DNA from: a virus
DNA: 64,000 bases
Virus record (IMG/VR): IMGVR_UViG_3300025534_000182
Coordinates: 1 to 64,000 of that record
Direction: 5' to 3' (one strand)
The notes below the pieces were generated by a model. The model was not told the origin of the DNA. It was given only the letters and a program-made list of their open reading frames with translations, and made no database searches. Shown one piece after another: positions 1-10,251 of this stretch; the stretch's first letter is position 1, and each line of letters opens with the position of its first letter. Both the position numbers and the translations under genes were made by a program.

Positions 1-12
1 TTCTTCGCTCAT
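1..12 (-). CDS. 5' end (4 codons, ATGAGCGAAGAA) of a minus-strand gene that runs out of the window
   Basis: GGAGG SD (gtaggaggaagcttac) 7 nt upstream of an ATG at 12..10 on the minus strand. Confidence 0.3.
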
Positions 13-43
13 GTAAGCTTCCTCCTACGATAAAATTCGCGTT

Positions 44-229
44 TTATTGTACTTCACTTAGCTCAATGATGTCGTTCAAATCCTTTGCGGATCTTCGGAT
101 ATAATCGGTTCCACCATCAACAGAAATTGCTCCGCATTTACAAGTTACGAAATCATGCCTATGTTTTGACTCAATAATGTCATTACACTTGCGGCATTTT
201 GCTTTATTCTTAAGGATTTTTACTTTCAT
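44..229 (-). CDS. small zinc-ribbon protein (CxxC...CxC)
   Basis: 61-aa ORF with GGAGG SD upstream and two Cys pairs. Confidence 0.5.
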   Translation of the reverse strand: MKVKILKNKAKCRKCNDIIESKHRHDFVTCKCGAISVDGGTDYIRRSAKDLNDIIELSEVQ

Positions 230-302
230 ACATTTACCTCCAATAAAAGTGAAATTTTATTCCATCTTGTTATTTCAGTTATTTTCATAAAACCTCCCAG
301 AT

Positions 303-890
303 TCAATACTGCAAATTAACTACTGTTTTTAAACAGTTAAAACAAACTCTTTTTCTGTATTTACTTTCTTCTGGAAATTCAGTGAATGGTTTATGTTCTT
401 TACAACACGGACATTTCAGTATAATCCTTCTTAATTGCTTTACGTACCTTATTCTATTTTTATGTATTTCATTTATTTTGTTTTTATCTGAATATGAAGT
501 ATCTAATCCATTACTTCGAGTCACTCTGCAATAATGATCTGCTTCCTTATTCTTTTCTCTCTTCACCCATTTAATCCTTGTTCTTGATGTTTCCATTAAC
601 AAGTGGTCAATCTTTTTGTGGTAATCTTTTAATTTCCCATTATTCATTTTCTCATTATTCAGATTGTCAAAAATCACTTTACAATCTGTCATTATTACTA
701 CGTGCGGAATTTTTAGTTCGATTATCTTTTTTATTAGCTCGATACATGCTATGTATTCTGCTTCTAATGAAGAATTGCATTTTACAAATTTACTTTCTTT
801 AAATATTACGTTGTTATTATTTTTGATTATGTAACTTATAATTTGCCGATTTGGATGAAAAGAAGCATCGCAAGTTGCCGTATATAACAT
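303..890 (-). CDS. rnhA: RNase H (RNase HI-like) with C-terminal Cys4 zinc ribbon
   Basis: TCDAS, SSLEAEYIACIELI and VVIMTDCKVIFDNL resemble RNase HI D-E-D-D core blocks. C-terminal CPCC...CFNC. The ATG at 890 has AGGAGG at -10, while the GTG at 899 has no usable spacer. Confidence 0.55.
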   Translation of the reverse strand: MLYTATCDASFHPNRQIISYIIKNNNNVIFKESKFVKCNSSLEAEYIACIELIKKIIELKIPHVVIMTDCKVIFDNLNNEKMNNGKLKDYHKKIDHLLMETSRTRIKWVKREKNKEADHYCRVTRSNGLDTSYSDKNKINEIHKNRIRYVKQLRRIILKCPCCKEHKPFTEFPEESKYRKRVCFNCLKTVVNLQY

Positions 891-984
891 CGAAAGCACC
901 TCCTAACAAAAATGGTTTCAGGAATCATTTTCCTAAAACCATCATAGAACAAAATATTTTATTTGTCAATACATATTTTGCTTT

Positions 985-1773
985 TTAAATTGCTACTGGA
1001 AATTCAATTTTTGGATGATGTTTATAGTCGATTAACTTAATATCTTCAATTGTAAAATCATAAAAATTTTTTATGTCTGGATTTATCCAAAGTTTAGGAT
1101 CTGGGTAATCCGTACTTCTATTTAATTGTTCTTTAATTCCCTCTATCTGATTCACATAAATGTGAGCATTATTTATATAGTGATTAAACTTTCCCGGCTT
1201 CAATCCCGTTACTTGAGCAATCATATGTACTAGCACAGCATATTGTGTCATGTTTACAGGTACACCCAAAGGCATATCTCCAGACCTTTGAATAAGCGTA
1301 CAATTTAAATAACCATCTGACACATCCCATATTGTTTGAAAAGCGCATGGACGCAACTGCATAAAAGGTAAATCTTCAATATTCCACAAGCTAATAATCA
1401 TCCCTCTGTCCTGAGGATTGGTTTTAAGTGTATTGATCAAGCGGTCAATTTGTTTATACTTTGCAACTTGATATCCATATGCTCGACCAATTGTACCATT
1501 TTCATCTTGCCAAGCATTCCAATAATGAACTCCCATCTTATTTAACTCTTTAACATCATTGCTTTGCATTTGATAAATCCATAACAATTCTTTAACTGCA
1601 CTCTTAAATGGAACGAATTTGGTAGTTAAAATCGGAAATTCTTTTTGAAGATCGAATGAAAACATCTTTCCAAATACTTTATATGTAGAAATGCCTGTTC
1701 TATTATTATCATAATATCCATTTTCCAAAATATCTTTTATTATTTCAAAATATTGTATGTCAGTTCGAGACAT
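985..1773 (-). CDS. thyA: thymidylate synthase
   Basis: 262 aa with the conserved ThyA blocks ([34 protein letters not shown]) and a GGAGG SD. Confidence 0.9.
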   Translation of the reverse strand: MSRTDIQYFEIIKDILENGYYDNNRTGISTYKVFGKMFSFDLQKEFPILTTKFVPFKSAVKELLWIYQMQSNDVKELNKMGVHYWNAWQDENGTIGRAYGYQVAKYKQIDRLINTLKTNPQDRGMIISLWNIEDLPFMQLRPCAFQTIWDVSDGYLNCTLIQRSGDMPLGVPVNMTQYAVLVHMIAQVTGLKPGKFNHYINNAHIYVNQIEGIKEQLNRSTDYPDPKLWINPDIKNFYDFTIEDIKLIDYKHHPKIEFPVAI

Positions 1774-1791
1774 TTTTAACCTCCAAAATTA

Positions 1792-1817
1792 GGACGATGG
1801 GAATTAACCCATCGTCC
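1792..1817 (-). terminator. 10-bp GC-rich hairpin (ggacgatggg/cccatcgtcc) between the MazG-like gene and thyA
   Basis: Perfect 10-bp stem with a 6-nt loop, followed by UAAUUUUGG on the minus strand. Confidence 0.4.
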
Positions 1818-1831
1818 GTTAATTTAAGTAT

Positions 1832-2581
1832 TTATTGTTGTTGCTGCTTATTTAACCTTTCTTTCCGCTTTTGTGCAGCAAACTTTTGACGCTCAATTTC
1901 TCTTTCGATAAATTTTTCAGGCGGTTGCCATCCTTCAGGTTTAACTACTTTACCATCTTCGTTATAATGTGGCTTACCATCAGGCCAAATTTTCTTCATA
2001 TTGCTCCTGTGAACAATAGAAAACACTCTGTCTGGTTTTACTCCTAATTCAACAAATCCACCGTTATCAAAATACATAATATCAGCGAAACAGTCTACTT
2101 GGGCAACAAGCTTGTTTTCTGGATAAGGTTTTTCAAGTTGTTTTTGATATGTATTTTGAATTCTCGAAAGTAGTTCTTTATACATCGTTTCAAACTTTTC
2201 ATTGTTACCAGCGGTTGCATGAAGCAGTTCAACAACTTCTTCAGCAATCCAAGATCCGCGATTAATAACTTGGCTTTCACTTAGTTCTTGTGGTGAATAT
2301 GCTACAGGGTGATTGAATACTTTATGGAATCGACGTACTTGATAATAATGTTTATTACCATAATCTTTTAGTGTTTTACGAACGTTTTTATTGATTTGAT
2401 TTTTTACTCTCCATTTAGCAAGTGATTGCTCATCGAACCAAGCAGTAATCCTTTTTGATTCTCCATTTTTTGTGTGTTTAAAAAATGTTACTTTGTACTT
2501 TTTGTTTTCTTGATCAATCTCTTTTACAATTCCTTTTGTCTTTACATTTTTAATGAATACTGCTTCTTCTTGTTTGTACAT
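1832..2581 (-). CDS. MazG-like nucleoside triphosphate pyrophosphohydrolase domain protein with an N-terminal extension
   Basis: EExxE (IAEEVVELL) followed about 30 aa later by DxxD (VDCFADIMYF), typical of all-alpha NTP-PPases. The position between thyA and nrdF fits a nucleotide-metabolism role. Confidence 0.4.
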   Translation of the reverse strand: MYKQEEAVFIKNVKTKGIVKEIDQENKKYKVTFFKHTKNGESKRITAWFDEQSLAKWRVKNQINKNVRKTLKDYGNKHYYQVRRFHKVFNHPVAYSPQELSESQVINRGSWIAEEVVELLHATAGNNEKFETMYKELLSRIQNTYQKQLEKPYPENKLVAQVDCFADIMYFDNGGFVELGVKPDRVFSIVHRSNMKKIWPDGKPHYNEDGKVVKPEGWQPPEKFIEREIERQKFAAQKRKERLNKQQQQ

Positions 2582-2663
2582 TCGGTTGACTCTCCTTTGT
2601 GTTTGTTTTGTTTGGTTGATTGGTTTGATTTTTTATATCTGAATTTTGGCGGATGCCAAAAAT

Positions 2664-3671
2664 TCATTCAAAAATAAAATCTTCATCTCTCAGTGGTTCA
2701 ACTTTTGCCTTAATATATCCATTACCTTTCATACTAAAGAAATCATGAGATTTTGTTTTTGTATTTAATCCATTTAATACAATCGGATTGATCTCTTCTG
2801 GTTCAAAATATGGTTCAAAACCTAAATTCATTAAAGCTTTATTTGCATTATATCTGACAAATTTTTTAACATCACAAGTAATTCCTACCTGATTATAAAG
2901 CTCTTCGGTATAACGCAATTCATTTTCATATAATTCATTTAGTAGGTCAATTACAAATTGGTATAGTTTTTCTTTGGTTTCATTATTTTGCTTGTTATAA
3001 ATTTCTTGTGCAAGCAAACCCACATATACAGAATGAATTGCTTCATCGCGAATAATTAGGTTAATAATTTCTCCACTCTGCATGAGTTTGCCTTGACCAT
3101 AAAAATATAATGGATAATAAAAACCAGAATAGAACAAGAAACTTTCTAAGAATACTGAGGCCACCATAGCTTTAAAAAGTGTAATTTCATCATCGTCTTT
3201 AATGTTTTTATAAATTGAAATAATAATATTTGCTTTCTTTTGAAGATATTTATTTTGTTTTACCCATTCAAACAATTCATTAATTTCTTCCATTGAAGCT
3301 AATGTTAGAAATATATTAGAATATGACTTTGCATGAACTGCATTTTCCATCATGCCCATGAACGACAATACCGCTTTTCTTTGGTGTCCATTTACTTGTG
3401 ATAAAATCAAAGGTATTCCTGTGTTGCCCTGCTCTGTGTCGAGCAGGGTCAATCCAGCTAAAGTTTTTTTGTATGTATCTCTTTCTTCATCTTTTAAGTT
3501 CTTCCAAGTGAGTAAATCTGATTGTAATGATATTTCTTCTGGTAGCCAAAATTGTTTGACATTTTGATAATAAAACATTTGCGTAAAGTCATCGTCTGGT
3601 TTTGCCCAATTTGCTGCGTCATAAACTATCATCAAAATATCAACCTCCATTAAACTACACATGAAAGACAA
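2664..3671 (-). CDS. nrdF: ribonucleotide reductase class Ib beta subunit
   Basis: 335 aa with the ferritin-like R2 pattern and a conserved C-terminal tail. Overlaps nrdE by 22 nt. Confidence 0.88.
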   Translation of the reverse strand: MSFMCSLMEVDILMIVYDAANWAKPDDDFTQMFYYQNVKQFWLPEEISLQSDLLTWKNLKDEERDTYKKTLAGLTLLDTEQGNTGIPLILSQVNGHQRKAVLSFMGMMENAVHAKSYSNIFLTLASMEEINELFEWVKQNKYLQKKANIIISIYKNIKDDDEITLFKAMVASVFLESFLFYSGFYYPLYFYGQGKLMQSGEIINLIIRDEAIHSVYVGLLAQEIYNKQNNETKEKLYQFVIDLLNELYENELRYTEELYNQVGITCDVKKFVRYNANKALMNLGFEPYFEPEEINPIVLNGLNTKTKSHDFFSMKGNGYIKAKVEPLRDEDFIFE

Positions 3672-5749
3672 TTTTCTCTAGTCGTATCTTTTGTTCTTGC
3701 ATAATATAGTGTTTTAATTCCTTTGTGGTGAGCATATAGATCAATTCTATTTAAATCTCTGGTAGTCATAGTGTCCTTTAAGAAAAGAGTGAATGAAATT
3801 CCTTGATCAATATGTTGTTGAATTGTTGCAATTAAATCAATAACTTTAAACATATCCATATCGTATGCTTCTTTGTAGTAAAACCAATTTTCTGCTGATA
3901 AATAAGGCATTGGATAATATGTTTTTGAATTTCCATAAGTTCTTTCTTCGATTCGTTCCATGATAGGCATCACAGAAGCGGTTGCTGATTGTATATATGA
4001 AACACTCCCATTCGGAGGTATGGCAAGCCTATAGGAATGATATAAACCATTTTTCATAACATCTTCTTTGAGTCTTTTCCAATCTTCCCTTGTTGGTATA
4101 TAAATTCCTTCAAACAATTTTTTTACTTTTTCGAACTTTGGTACAAAATCATTATTTATGTATTTATCAAAATATTCTCCCGTTGCATATGTTGATTTTT
4201 CAAACCCATAGTATCTAAAATTCTTTTCAACTGCTAATTCCATTGACCTTTCTAACGAATAAAAATTCATCATTGCAAAAAACACATTTGCAAAATCTTT
4301 TGCTTCTTCACTTTCATATGCAATCTTATTTTTTGCCAGATAGCCATGAAGATTCATTGCTCCAAGACCAACTGATCTCATTAATTCATTTGCCCTTTTT
4401 ACGGCTGGAGCATTTTTAATGGATGTTTTTTCAGAAACGGCGGTTAAAGCATCCATTGCTAATTTAACTGTTTCTTTGATTGATTTATTTTTCATAACAT
4501 TGACAATATTTATTGAACCAAGATTACAAGAAATATCTAACCCAATATAATCTTCTTCGTCATAATTTTTATATTCTGAAAGAATAGATGATTGAAGTAT
4601 TTCCGAGCAAAGATTAGAAAATTTCACTTTTGAAATATAATTATTTGTATGCACTCTATTAACATTATCTTTATACATAATATACGGATAACCTGATTCA
4701 AATCGCAACACAGCAATCTTCTCAAGTAATTTTCTTGCATTTATTTTTTCTTTTCTCACATTTGGATTCTCAACAAGTTTTTCATACATTTCATCCATAT
4801 CCATTTCATCTAAATGAATACCATATTCTTTATAAACTGTGTATGGATAGAATGTATACATATCTTTGTCTTCACGAGCCAATTCAATAAACTTATTGGG
4901 AATAACTACACCAATAGAAAGTGTTTTAACGCGAACATCTTCGTCTGCTGAAATTTTACGAGTATCAAGAAAATCATTAATATCTCTGTGAAAGATATTA
5001 AGATAAACTGCACCAGAACCTTGTCTTTGGCCCATTTGGTCTGCGTATCTGAAAGCATGGTCTAACAATTTCATTACTCCAACCACGCCTTTAGTTGCAT
5101 TCTCAATACCTTTAATTGGTTCTCCTTTGGCTCGTATCTTAGACAAATTAAGTGCGACACCGCCACCTAATTTTGATAATTGCATCGACATTTCAATTGC
5201 CTTAGAAATATCATTAAGAGAATCCCCTACTTCCAACAGGAAACATGACACAAGTTCTCCACGTCTTTTTCGTCCGGCGTTCAAAAATGTTGGTGTAGCT
5301 GGTTGATATTCTTGCTCAATAAGCATTTTTACCATTTTTTTGGCTTTTTCGAAATCACCGTCAGCTAAATACAATGCAACAATGGAAACCCTGTCTTCAT
5401 ATCGTTCAAGAAACTTGGATTTATCATTTGTTTTAAGCGCATAGTCGTTATAAAACTTAAATGCACTCATAAACGAAGGAAATCTAAACTTTTTCTTATA
5501 CGCAATATCAAACACTTCTTTAATTTGCTTGTACGTATACTTCTCAAGAAACTCTTTTTCGTAATAATCATTTTCAACCAAATAATTTAATTTTTCTTTT
5601 AAATCATGGAAGAAAACCGTATTTTGATTTACATAGTCAATAAAATAACTTCTAACAGCTTCTTTATCTTTCTCAAATTGAAACTTACCATCTTTTTGAA
5701 TAACGATCTCATTATTTAACTCAATCCATCTTGGAATTTGCTGCGACAA
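3650..5749 (-). CDS. nrdE: ribonucleotide reductase class Ib alpha subunit
   Basis: 699 aa with R1 catalytic blocks (NLCSEI, PNGSVS, C-terminal CLSCVV). The length gives no sign of an intein or intron. Confidence 0.92.
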   Translation of the reverse strand: MSQQIPRWIELNNEIVIQKDGKFQFEKDKEAVRSYFIDYVNQNTVFFHDLKEKLNYLVENDYYEKEFLEKYTYKQIKEVFDIAYKKKFRFPSFMSAFKFYNDYALKTNDKSKFLERYEDRVSIVALYLADGDFEKAKKMVKMLIEQEYQPATPTFLNAGRKRRGELVSCFLLEVGDSLNDISKAIEMSMQLSKLGGGVALNLSKIRAKGEPIKGIENATKGVVGVMKLLDHAFRYADQMGQRQGSGAVYLNIFHRDINDFLDTRKISADEDVRVKTLSIGVVIPNKFIELAREDKDMYTFYPYTVYKEYGIHLDEMDMDEMYEKLVENPNVRKEKINARKLLEKIAVLRFESGYPYIMYKDNVNRVHTNNYISKVKFSNLCSEILQSSILSEYKNYDEEDYIGLDISCNLGSINIVNVMKNKSIKETVKLAMDALTAVSEKTSIKNAPAVKRANELMRSVGLGAMNLHGYLAKNKIAYESEEAKDFANVFFAMMNFYSLERSMELAVEKNFRYYGFEKSTYATGEYFDKYINNDFVPKFEKVKKLFEGIYIPTREDWKRLKEDVMKNGLYHSYRLAIPPNGSVSYIQSATASVMPIMERIEERTYGNSKTYYPMPYLSAENWFYYKEAYDMDMFKVIDLIATIQQHIDQGISFTLFLKDTMTTRDLNRIDLYAHHKGIKTLYYARTKDTTRENCLSCVV

Positions 5750-6095
5750 TCTTTTTAGCCTCCTCTAAGAAGATTTCTACGTCTTTTTTGGTTCCGCTTA
5801 GTTCGAACTTATGTATAATTGGGACATTATATTTGGCAGCAATTATGTCTGCCGCAACCGCAAAATTATTTCCCCAATTGCGGTTACCGCTTGAAGCTAC
5901 ACCAATTAAGTATTGATGATTTTTTTCTAAAAAAGTCATTACATTTTTAGGTACTTCACCAAATCCGATAGTGTATGTAATTAATATGAATTTTTCATTA
6001 ACCATTAAATCTTCTTTTAATTGAATACAAGGTAGCTCTAATTTCGTTACAAATCTTTTTACATTACCTGTTTTTGAATCATATGCAATTAACAA
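5721..6095 (-). CDS. nrdI: NrdI flavodoxin-like protein
   Basis: 124 aa starting (TTG) LIAYDSKTGNVKRF, typical of NrdI. Lies upstream of nrdE in the canonical nrdI-nrdE-nrdF order. Confidence 0.8.
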   Translation of the reverse strand: MLIAYDSKTGNVKRFVTKLELPCIQLKEDLMVNEKFILITYTIGFGEVPKNVMTFLEKNHQYLIGVASSGNRNWGNNFAVAADIIAAKYNVPIIHKFELSGTKKDVEIFLEEAKKIVAANSKMD

Positions 6096-6126
6096 TACAT
6101 CACCACTTTATTTATCCACAAATTAT

Positions 6127-6143
6127 GTTCACACTATGAACAA
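6127..6143. promoter_or_regulatory. palindrome TGTTCAcactaTGAACA about 35 nt upstream of the nrdI SD, candidate operator or hairpin
   Basis: 6-bp perfect inverted arms with a 5-nt spacer in the nrdIEF leader. Confidence 0.3.
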
Positions 6144-6154
6144 TACCACCACCT

Positions 6155-6325
6155 TCATAGATACTTAATTGACAACCAAGCTCTAAATTCTTCAAGTGCT
6201 TGAATTTTACCTTCGAGAAATTTATCATCATTATTTTGGCTTTTAATATTTTTGTATGCTTTCTCAAGTCTTTCAATTCGCATTGTCAATTCATCAATGA
6301 TTTCTTCTACATTAACACCAAACAT
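6155..6325 (-). CDS. small coiled-coil protein (56 aa)
   Basis: GGAGATGG SD 6 nt before the ATG, with charged heptad-like sequence. Below the ORF-track size cutoff. Confidence 0.4.
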   Translation of the reverse strand: MFGVNVEEIIDELTMRIERLEKAYKNIKSQNNDDKFLEGKIQALEEFRAWLSIKYL

Positions 6326-6341
6326 TCTCAACCATCTCCTT

Positions 6342-6623
6342 TTATTGTTCTCCTTTAAATCGTTTCATTTCATCAATAAGTTGTTTATTCCTATGTTTTT
6401 TCCATACTTCCTTATATTCGATTAATTCTTCTTGAGTAATAATATTTTTATCAAGAAGAATACACAAAATGAAATGCCCAAACTCTTGATTCAACATATC
6501 ATCGGTATAATATTCTTTATTTTCATCTATTTCACCAAAAAACAAATCAAAAATTCTATCCAAAATTAACACTCTCTTTCGTGTGAAACATATCTCACTT
6601 TTACCGAATAACTTTATAACCAA
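6342..6623 (-). CDS. hypothetical protein
   Basis: 93-aa ORF in the operon context. Confidence 0.45.
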   Translation of the reverse strand: MVIKLFGKSEICFTRKRVLILDRIFDLFFGEIDENKEYYTDDMLNQEFGHFILCILLDKNIITQEELIEYKEVWKKHRNKQLIDEMKRFKGEQ

Positions 6624-6681
6624 TCAAATCTGCAAATTTCTTTAGTTTTTGAGAAATTAGATATAATATTTTTCTTGGTTT

Positions 6682-6730
6682 TTGACACTCCCCATGCCTA
6701 AAGGCAGGGGCTTTCTGGTGGTGTGTGATT
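6682..6730 (-). mobile_element. 49-bp miniature IS200/IS605-derived element: RE terminus ...GAGTGTCAA, one subterminal hairpin, LE-type flank, with TTAC immediately 5'
   Basis: 49/49 identity to the LE side of the TnpB element (31796-31844) plus the shared terminal ttgacactc. TAM-like TTAC on the minus strand at 6731-6734. Confidence 0.55.
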
Positions 6731-6776
6731 GTAAATTTTCACTTTCATTTTTCCTCATCCTTTCATCTTGTATTTA

Positions 6777-7589
6777 TTATTTACCCATTGCACCCAAATC
6801 AACAAACGGCATTGCGCCACCAGTTACAGTAGGCAAATGACCATCCCATTTCTCAATCGCTTGTTCCTGAATCTCAATCTTTTTATATTCAATTAAATCA
6901 GGAGTTACTTCTTGCTTCTTCAACTTCAATGCTTCAGCTTCCGCTTTTGCTTGCTCGATTTTTTGTTGTGCCTCAATTTGAATACGTCTCAGATCGTTCT
7001 CTGCTTTTAATGCTTGTTGTTGAGCAACTTGTTTTGCCTCAATTGATTGGTTAAATGCTTCAGAAAATTTGAAATTAACAATATTGATATCATTCACAAT
7101 AAGATCATATTTACCCAATCTCTTTGTCAGTAAATCATTGATTTCACTTGCAACGACATCACGCTTCGATATCAAATCTTCAGCAGCATATTTTGCAGTC
7201 ACTTCTTTTACAATTTCCTGAATTGCTGGATGAATAATAACATTCTCAAAGTTCTTCCCGATATTGTTCATTAAATTAAAAGCTGACTCTTTGTTAATTG
7301 AATAGTTTACCACTACATGAGTTGAAACAGGTTGAAGATCCTTAGAAGAAGCACTAGCATCTGATTCTGCTTTTGTTACTTGTACATTAACTTTAATCAC
7401 AGATTGAATAAAAGGAATTTTAAAATGAATACCCGGATTTAATACATTGTCTCCTAGTTTTCCCATCGTTTTATACAATCCAACGTGACCGTATTGCACA
7501 ATCGAAAAACTGTTCAAAGCAATAATAAGAGCAATAAAACCAATGATTATGTATTTAATTTTATTCATTACAAAATCCAATCTAATCAC
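6777..7589 (-). CDS. SPFH/band-7 (prohibitin/stomatin-like) membrane protein
   Basis: N-terminal TM helix, then HVGLYKTMGKLGDNVLNPGIHFKIPF...VNYSIN, then a long Ala/Glu/Gln coiled-coil tail. Confidence 0.7.
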   Translation of the reverse strand: MIRLDFVMNKIKYIIIGFIALIIALNSFSIVQYGHVGLYKTMGKLGDNVLNPGIHFKIPFIQSVIKVNVQVTKAESDASASSKDLQPVSTHVVVNYSINKESAFNLMNNIGKNFENVIIHPAIQEIVKEVTAKYAAEDLISKRDVVASEINDLLTKRLGKYDLIVNDINIVNFKFSEAFNQSIEAKQVAQQQALKAENDLRRIQIEAQQKIEQAKAEAEALKLKKQEVTPDLIEYKKIEIQEQAIEKWDGHLPTVTGGAMPFVDLGAMGK

Positions 7590-7595
7590 CTTTCC

Positions 7596-8159
7596 TTATA
7601 AAATCCAATCTAATGTGGGCTTTCCGTCATAATCATAATCCCAAACATACCACGCATACGCTAAAACTCCCGATTTGGCTGTTTTTTCTAATGTCCCGCT
7701 ATAGAAATTTAATCTTTTAGAAAATACATAAACTGTTTTTAACGGTGTATTCTTGAATAATTCATATCTCCTTTCGCTTTCTAAGAAATTTAACTTAAAC
7801 AACATTGCAACTTTTCTTTTAGTTACTTTTAATGCCTTCTCAACAAATTCTTGCCCTAATTTATATGGAGGATTAGTTATAATATTGGGAACCTTATGTT
7901 TAGGTTCATATGTAATAAAGTCAATTCCTGATTTTCCATAGCCGCGATCATATAAATCCGATGAAAATACTTTAAATCCTCTTTCGATTAATACTTTGCT
8001 TATTGCGCCATCTCCGCAAGCAGGTTCCCATATGCCTCCAACAAATCTCTCTCTTTCAAGTAAAGCTATTGTTGCATGTGGAGGGGTAGGGTAAAAATCA
8101 TCTTTTTCTCTTTCGCCGCCATTTTTATGACCAGTTAAACCATTCGCTTTTAGTGTCAA
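7596..8159 (-). CDS. DNA N6-adenine methyltransferase (small, motif I before NPPY)
   Basis: DFYPTP, EPACGDG (motif I) and NPPY (motif IV). 4-nt ATGA overlap with the upstream gene. Confidence 0.7.
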   Translation of the reverse strand: MTLKANGLTGHKNGGEREKDDFYPTPPHATIALLERERFVGGIWEPACGDGAISKVLIERGFKVFSSDLYDRGYGKSGIDFITYEPKHKVPNIITNPPYKLGQEFVEKALKVTKRKVAMLFKLNFLESERRYELFKNTPLKTVYVFSKRLNFYSGTLEKTAKSGVLAYAWYVWDYDYDGKPTLDWIL

Positions 8160-9772
8160 TCAACCGCCTCCCTATAGTCTTCAATATAAATTTGCTTTAC
8201 CAATTGTTTTAATCTGAAGTCATAATTCAGGTTTGGTTTTCCAATAACATCAATAGTGGATAGCAATGGTATACTGTCGTAAAATTCCTTATTCGTTCTA
8301 AATTTCATCAAATATGTATCGCCACATTCGATCTTTACAGTATCTTGGTTTTTACCAATTAACTGTTTATCATCAACAAAAAAACCTTTAAATAAGAATT
8401 GCCCTTCTGGTATATCGATTCCATTGATTCGATAAAAGTAATTAATGTTTTTTATTAATTGTTCATTAATTTGATCTGCATTAAATTCAAGGACATATTC
8501 ATTTTCACTTTGAAATTCAATATCTCGAAGTCCATCTAATACCGAATTAATAAAATCATCTATCTTTTCCTCTTCAACAAAAACCCCGCCAGCAGTAGCG
8601 TGACCGCCAGTTCCGTTTGTTTCTGCTAATGTGTCAAAGAATGATTTTAAATCAAATCCAGCATAGGATCTATAACTTCCGTTAAATGTTGCATTATTTT
8701 TTGATAATATTAAACAAGGTTTTTTATATTCATTCGCAATTTCGCCAGCAATAAGACCAGAGTATGATTTACTTACTTCATCATCAAAAACAATAATAAT
8801 ATTATCATAATATAATATTTTGCTTTTAATACGATTATAATGACTAGCTTGTTCAATTTTTCTCTCATTATTCAATGAATCAATCTGATTTACAATTTCT
8901 TTTGCTTCATTCTGATCATCTGTTAGTAATAAATCAATAACAAGATCAATCCTATCTAGTCTAGCAGCGGCGTTTAATAGAGGAGTAATACTAAAAACTA
9001 CATCTGTTGAACTTATATATTTTGGATTTTTATTTTTTGCTTTTAAAATTGCAAGCAACCCAACATTTAATATATCTCCTAATCCCCTATTCACTATCGC
9101 TCTGTTTTCTGGTTCCATCATACTCATCATATCAGATAACAGCCCGACTGCCGCTAAATCGCATAAATCATCCGATTTATTTGTATTCAATTTTTCATCA
9201 ATTGCCTGACAAACTTTCCAAGTTAAAGCTGCACCGCTTATATTTTTGTTTGGATAACAACAATCATCTTGTTGTGGATTAACAAGAATACAATAATAAT
9301 TTTTAGTTGTAACAACGTGATGATCAATTACAATAACGTCAACACCTTTGTTTTTTAACTCTTTGCACTCTTTCCAGTTTTCTGAAGAACTATCCATTAC
9401 GATCAATAAATTCGTATCTTCTGGAATTTTGTCAATTACGGTGTGTAACCCATGTCCTTTTAATCTCGAACCAAATATGTAATCAACATTTTTTGTAAAA
9501 TTTCTTAGATACCTATACATTATTGCTCCGCTAGTACAACCGTCTGGATCGCAGTCTGGAAATAATGTAATTTTTTCTTTGTCGTTAATTGCATTAGTAA
9601 TTCTTTTGATTGCAGGTTCGATATTTTTCAAATCATATGGGTCATTTAAATCTGATGATGGCGGATCGAGAAATCTGCTTAAATCAGTAATTCCATAAAT
9701 TTTACACAACTTATCGTATAATCTGTCTGTGTCAGAGTATGGTATTAAAGGTTTTTTTAATTTCCAGTTCAA
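8156..9772 (-). CDS. DHH-family phosphoesterase (RecJ-like ssDNA exonuclease or NrnA-like)
   Basis: Asp-rich DHH motifs (IVMDSS, VIVIDHH) and a DHHA1 GGH motif (GTGGHATAGG). 538 aa with a TTG start. Confidence 0.72.
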   Translation of the reverse strand: MNWKLKKPLIPYSDTDRLYDKLCKIYGITDLSRFLDPPSSDLNDPYDLKNIEPAIKRITNAINDKEKITLFPDCDPDGCTSGAIMYRYLRNFTKNVDYIFGSRLKGHGLHTVIDKIPEDTNLLIVMDSSSENWKECKELKNKGVDVIVIDHHVVTTKNYYCILVNPQQDDCCYPNKNISGAALTWKVCQAIDEKLNTNKSDDLCDLAAVGLLSDMMSMMEPENRAIVNRGLGDILNVGLLAILKAKNKNPKYISSTDVVFSITPLLNAAARLDRIDLVIDLLLTDDQNEAKEIVNQIDSLNNERKIEQASHYNRIKSKILYYDNIIIVFDDEVSKSYSGLIAGEIANEYKKPCLILSKNNATFNGSYRSYAGFDLKSFFDTLAETNGTGGHATAGGVFVEEEKIDDFINSVLDGLRDIEFQSENEYVLEFNADQINEQLIKNINYFYRINGIDIPEGQFLFKGFFVDDKQLIGKNQDTVKIECGDTYLMKFRTNKEFYDSIPLLSTIDVIGKPNLNYDFRLKQLVKQIYIEDYREAVD

Positions 9773-9844
9773 CTAATCACGTCCTTAAAAAAGATTACTT
9801 ACTTAATATATCATATTTTTAGTTAAATGTCAATATTTTGTTTT

Positions 9845-10216
9845 CTAAATTTTATTAAGCTCAACTATGAACTCAATTCCATTTTCATTAAAAATTTCCC
9901 AAGAAATATAATCATCGACATTAATTATCTCCAACTTATTCAGGTATCCGTTTGCTTTTTCTCCGAGTTCTTCAACCACTTTAATAACGTCTGGATGTGT
10001 GCGAATTTCTTTGTCATATCGATCAACAAATTCATACTTTCCATAAACGTAAGCATATATATTGCTTTCACTTCGATCAATAATTTTAGCAGTTGAATCT
10101 TCCGGCTCTCCATTAATCCCTACTTTGGTTGTCTTCCAACCCAACTCGATTAATTTTTCAAATGCTTTATCTGACAACTGAAAAACGCCTTCACCTTTAT
10201 TGATTACAACTTTCAT
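9845..10216 (-). CDS. hypothetical protein
   Basis: 123-aa ORF. Confidence 0.5.
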   Translation of the reverse strand: MKVVINKGEGVFQLSDKAFEKLIELGWKTTKVGINGEPEDSTAKIIDRSESNIYAYVYGKYEFVDRYDKEIRTHPDVIKVVEELGEKANGYLNKLEIINVDDYISWEIFNENGIEFIVELNKI

Positions 10217-10251
10217 TATATCATCCCTTTTCGTATGATAAAAGACAGTTT

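Noticed and set aside
6127-6143. Possible LexA/Cheo box
   Set aside because: The half-sites are in the GTTC...GAAC orientation with 7-nt spacing, not CGAAC-N4-GTTCG. It is kept only as a generic palindrome.
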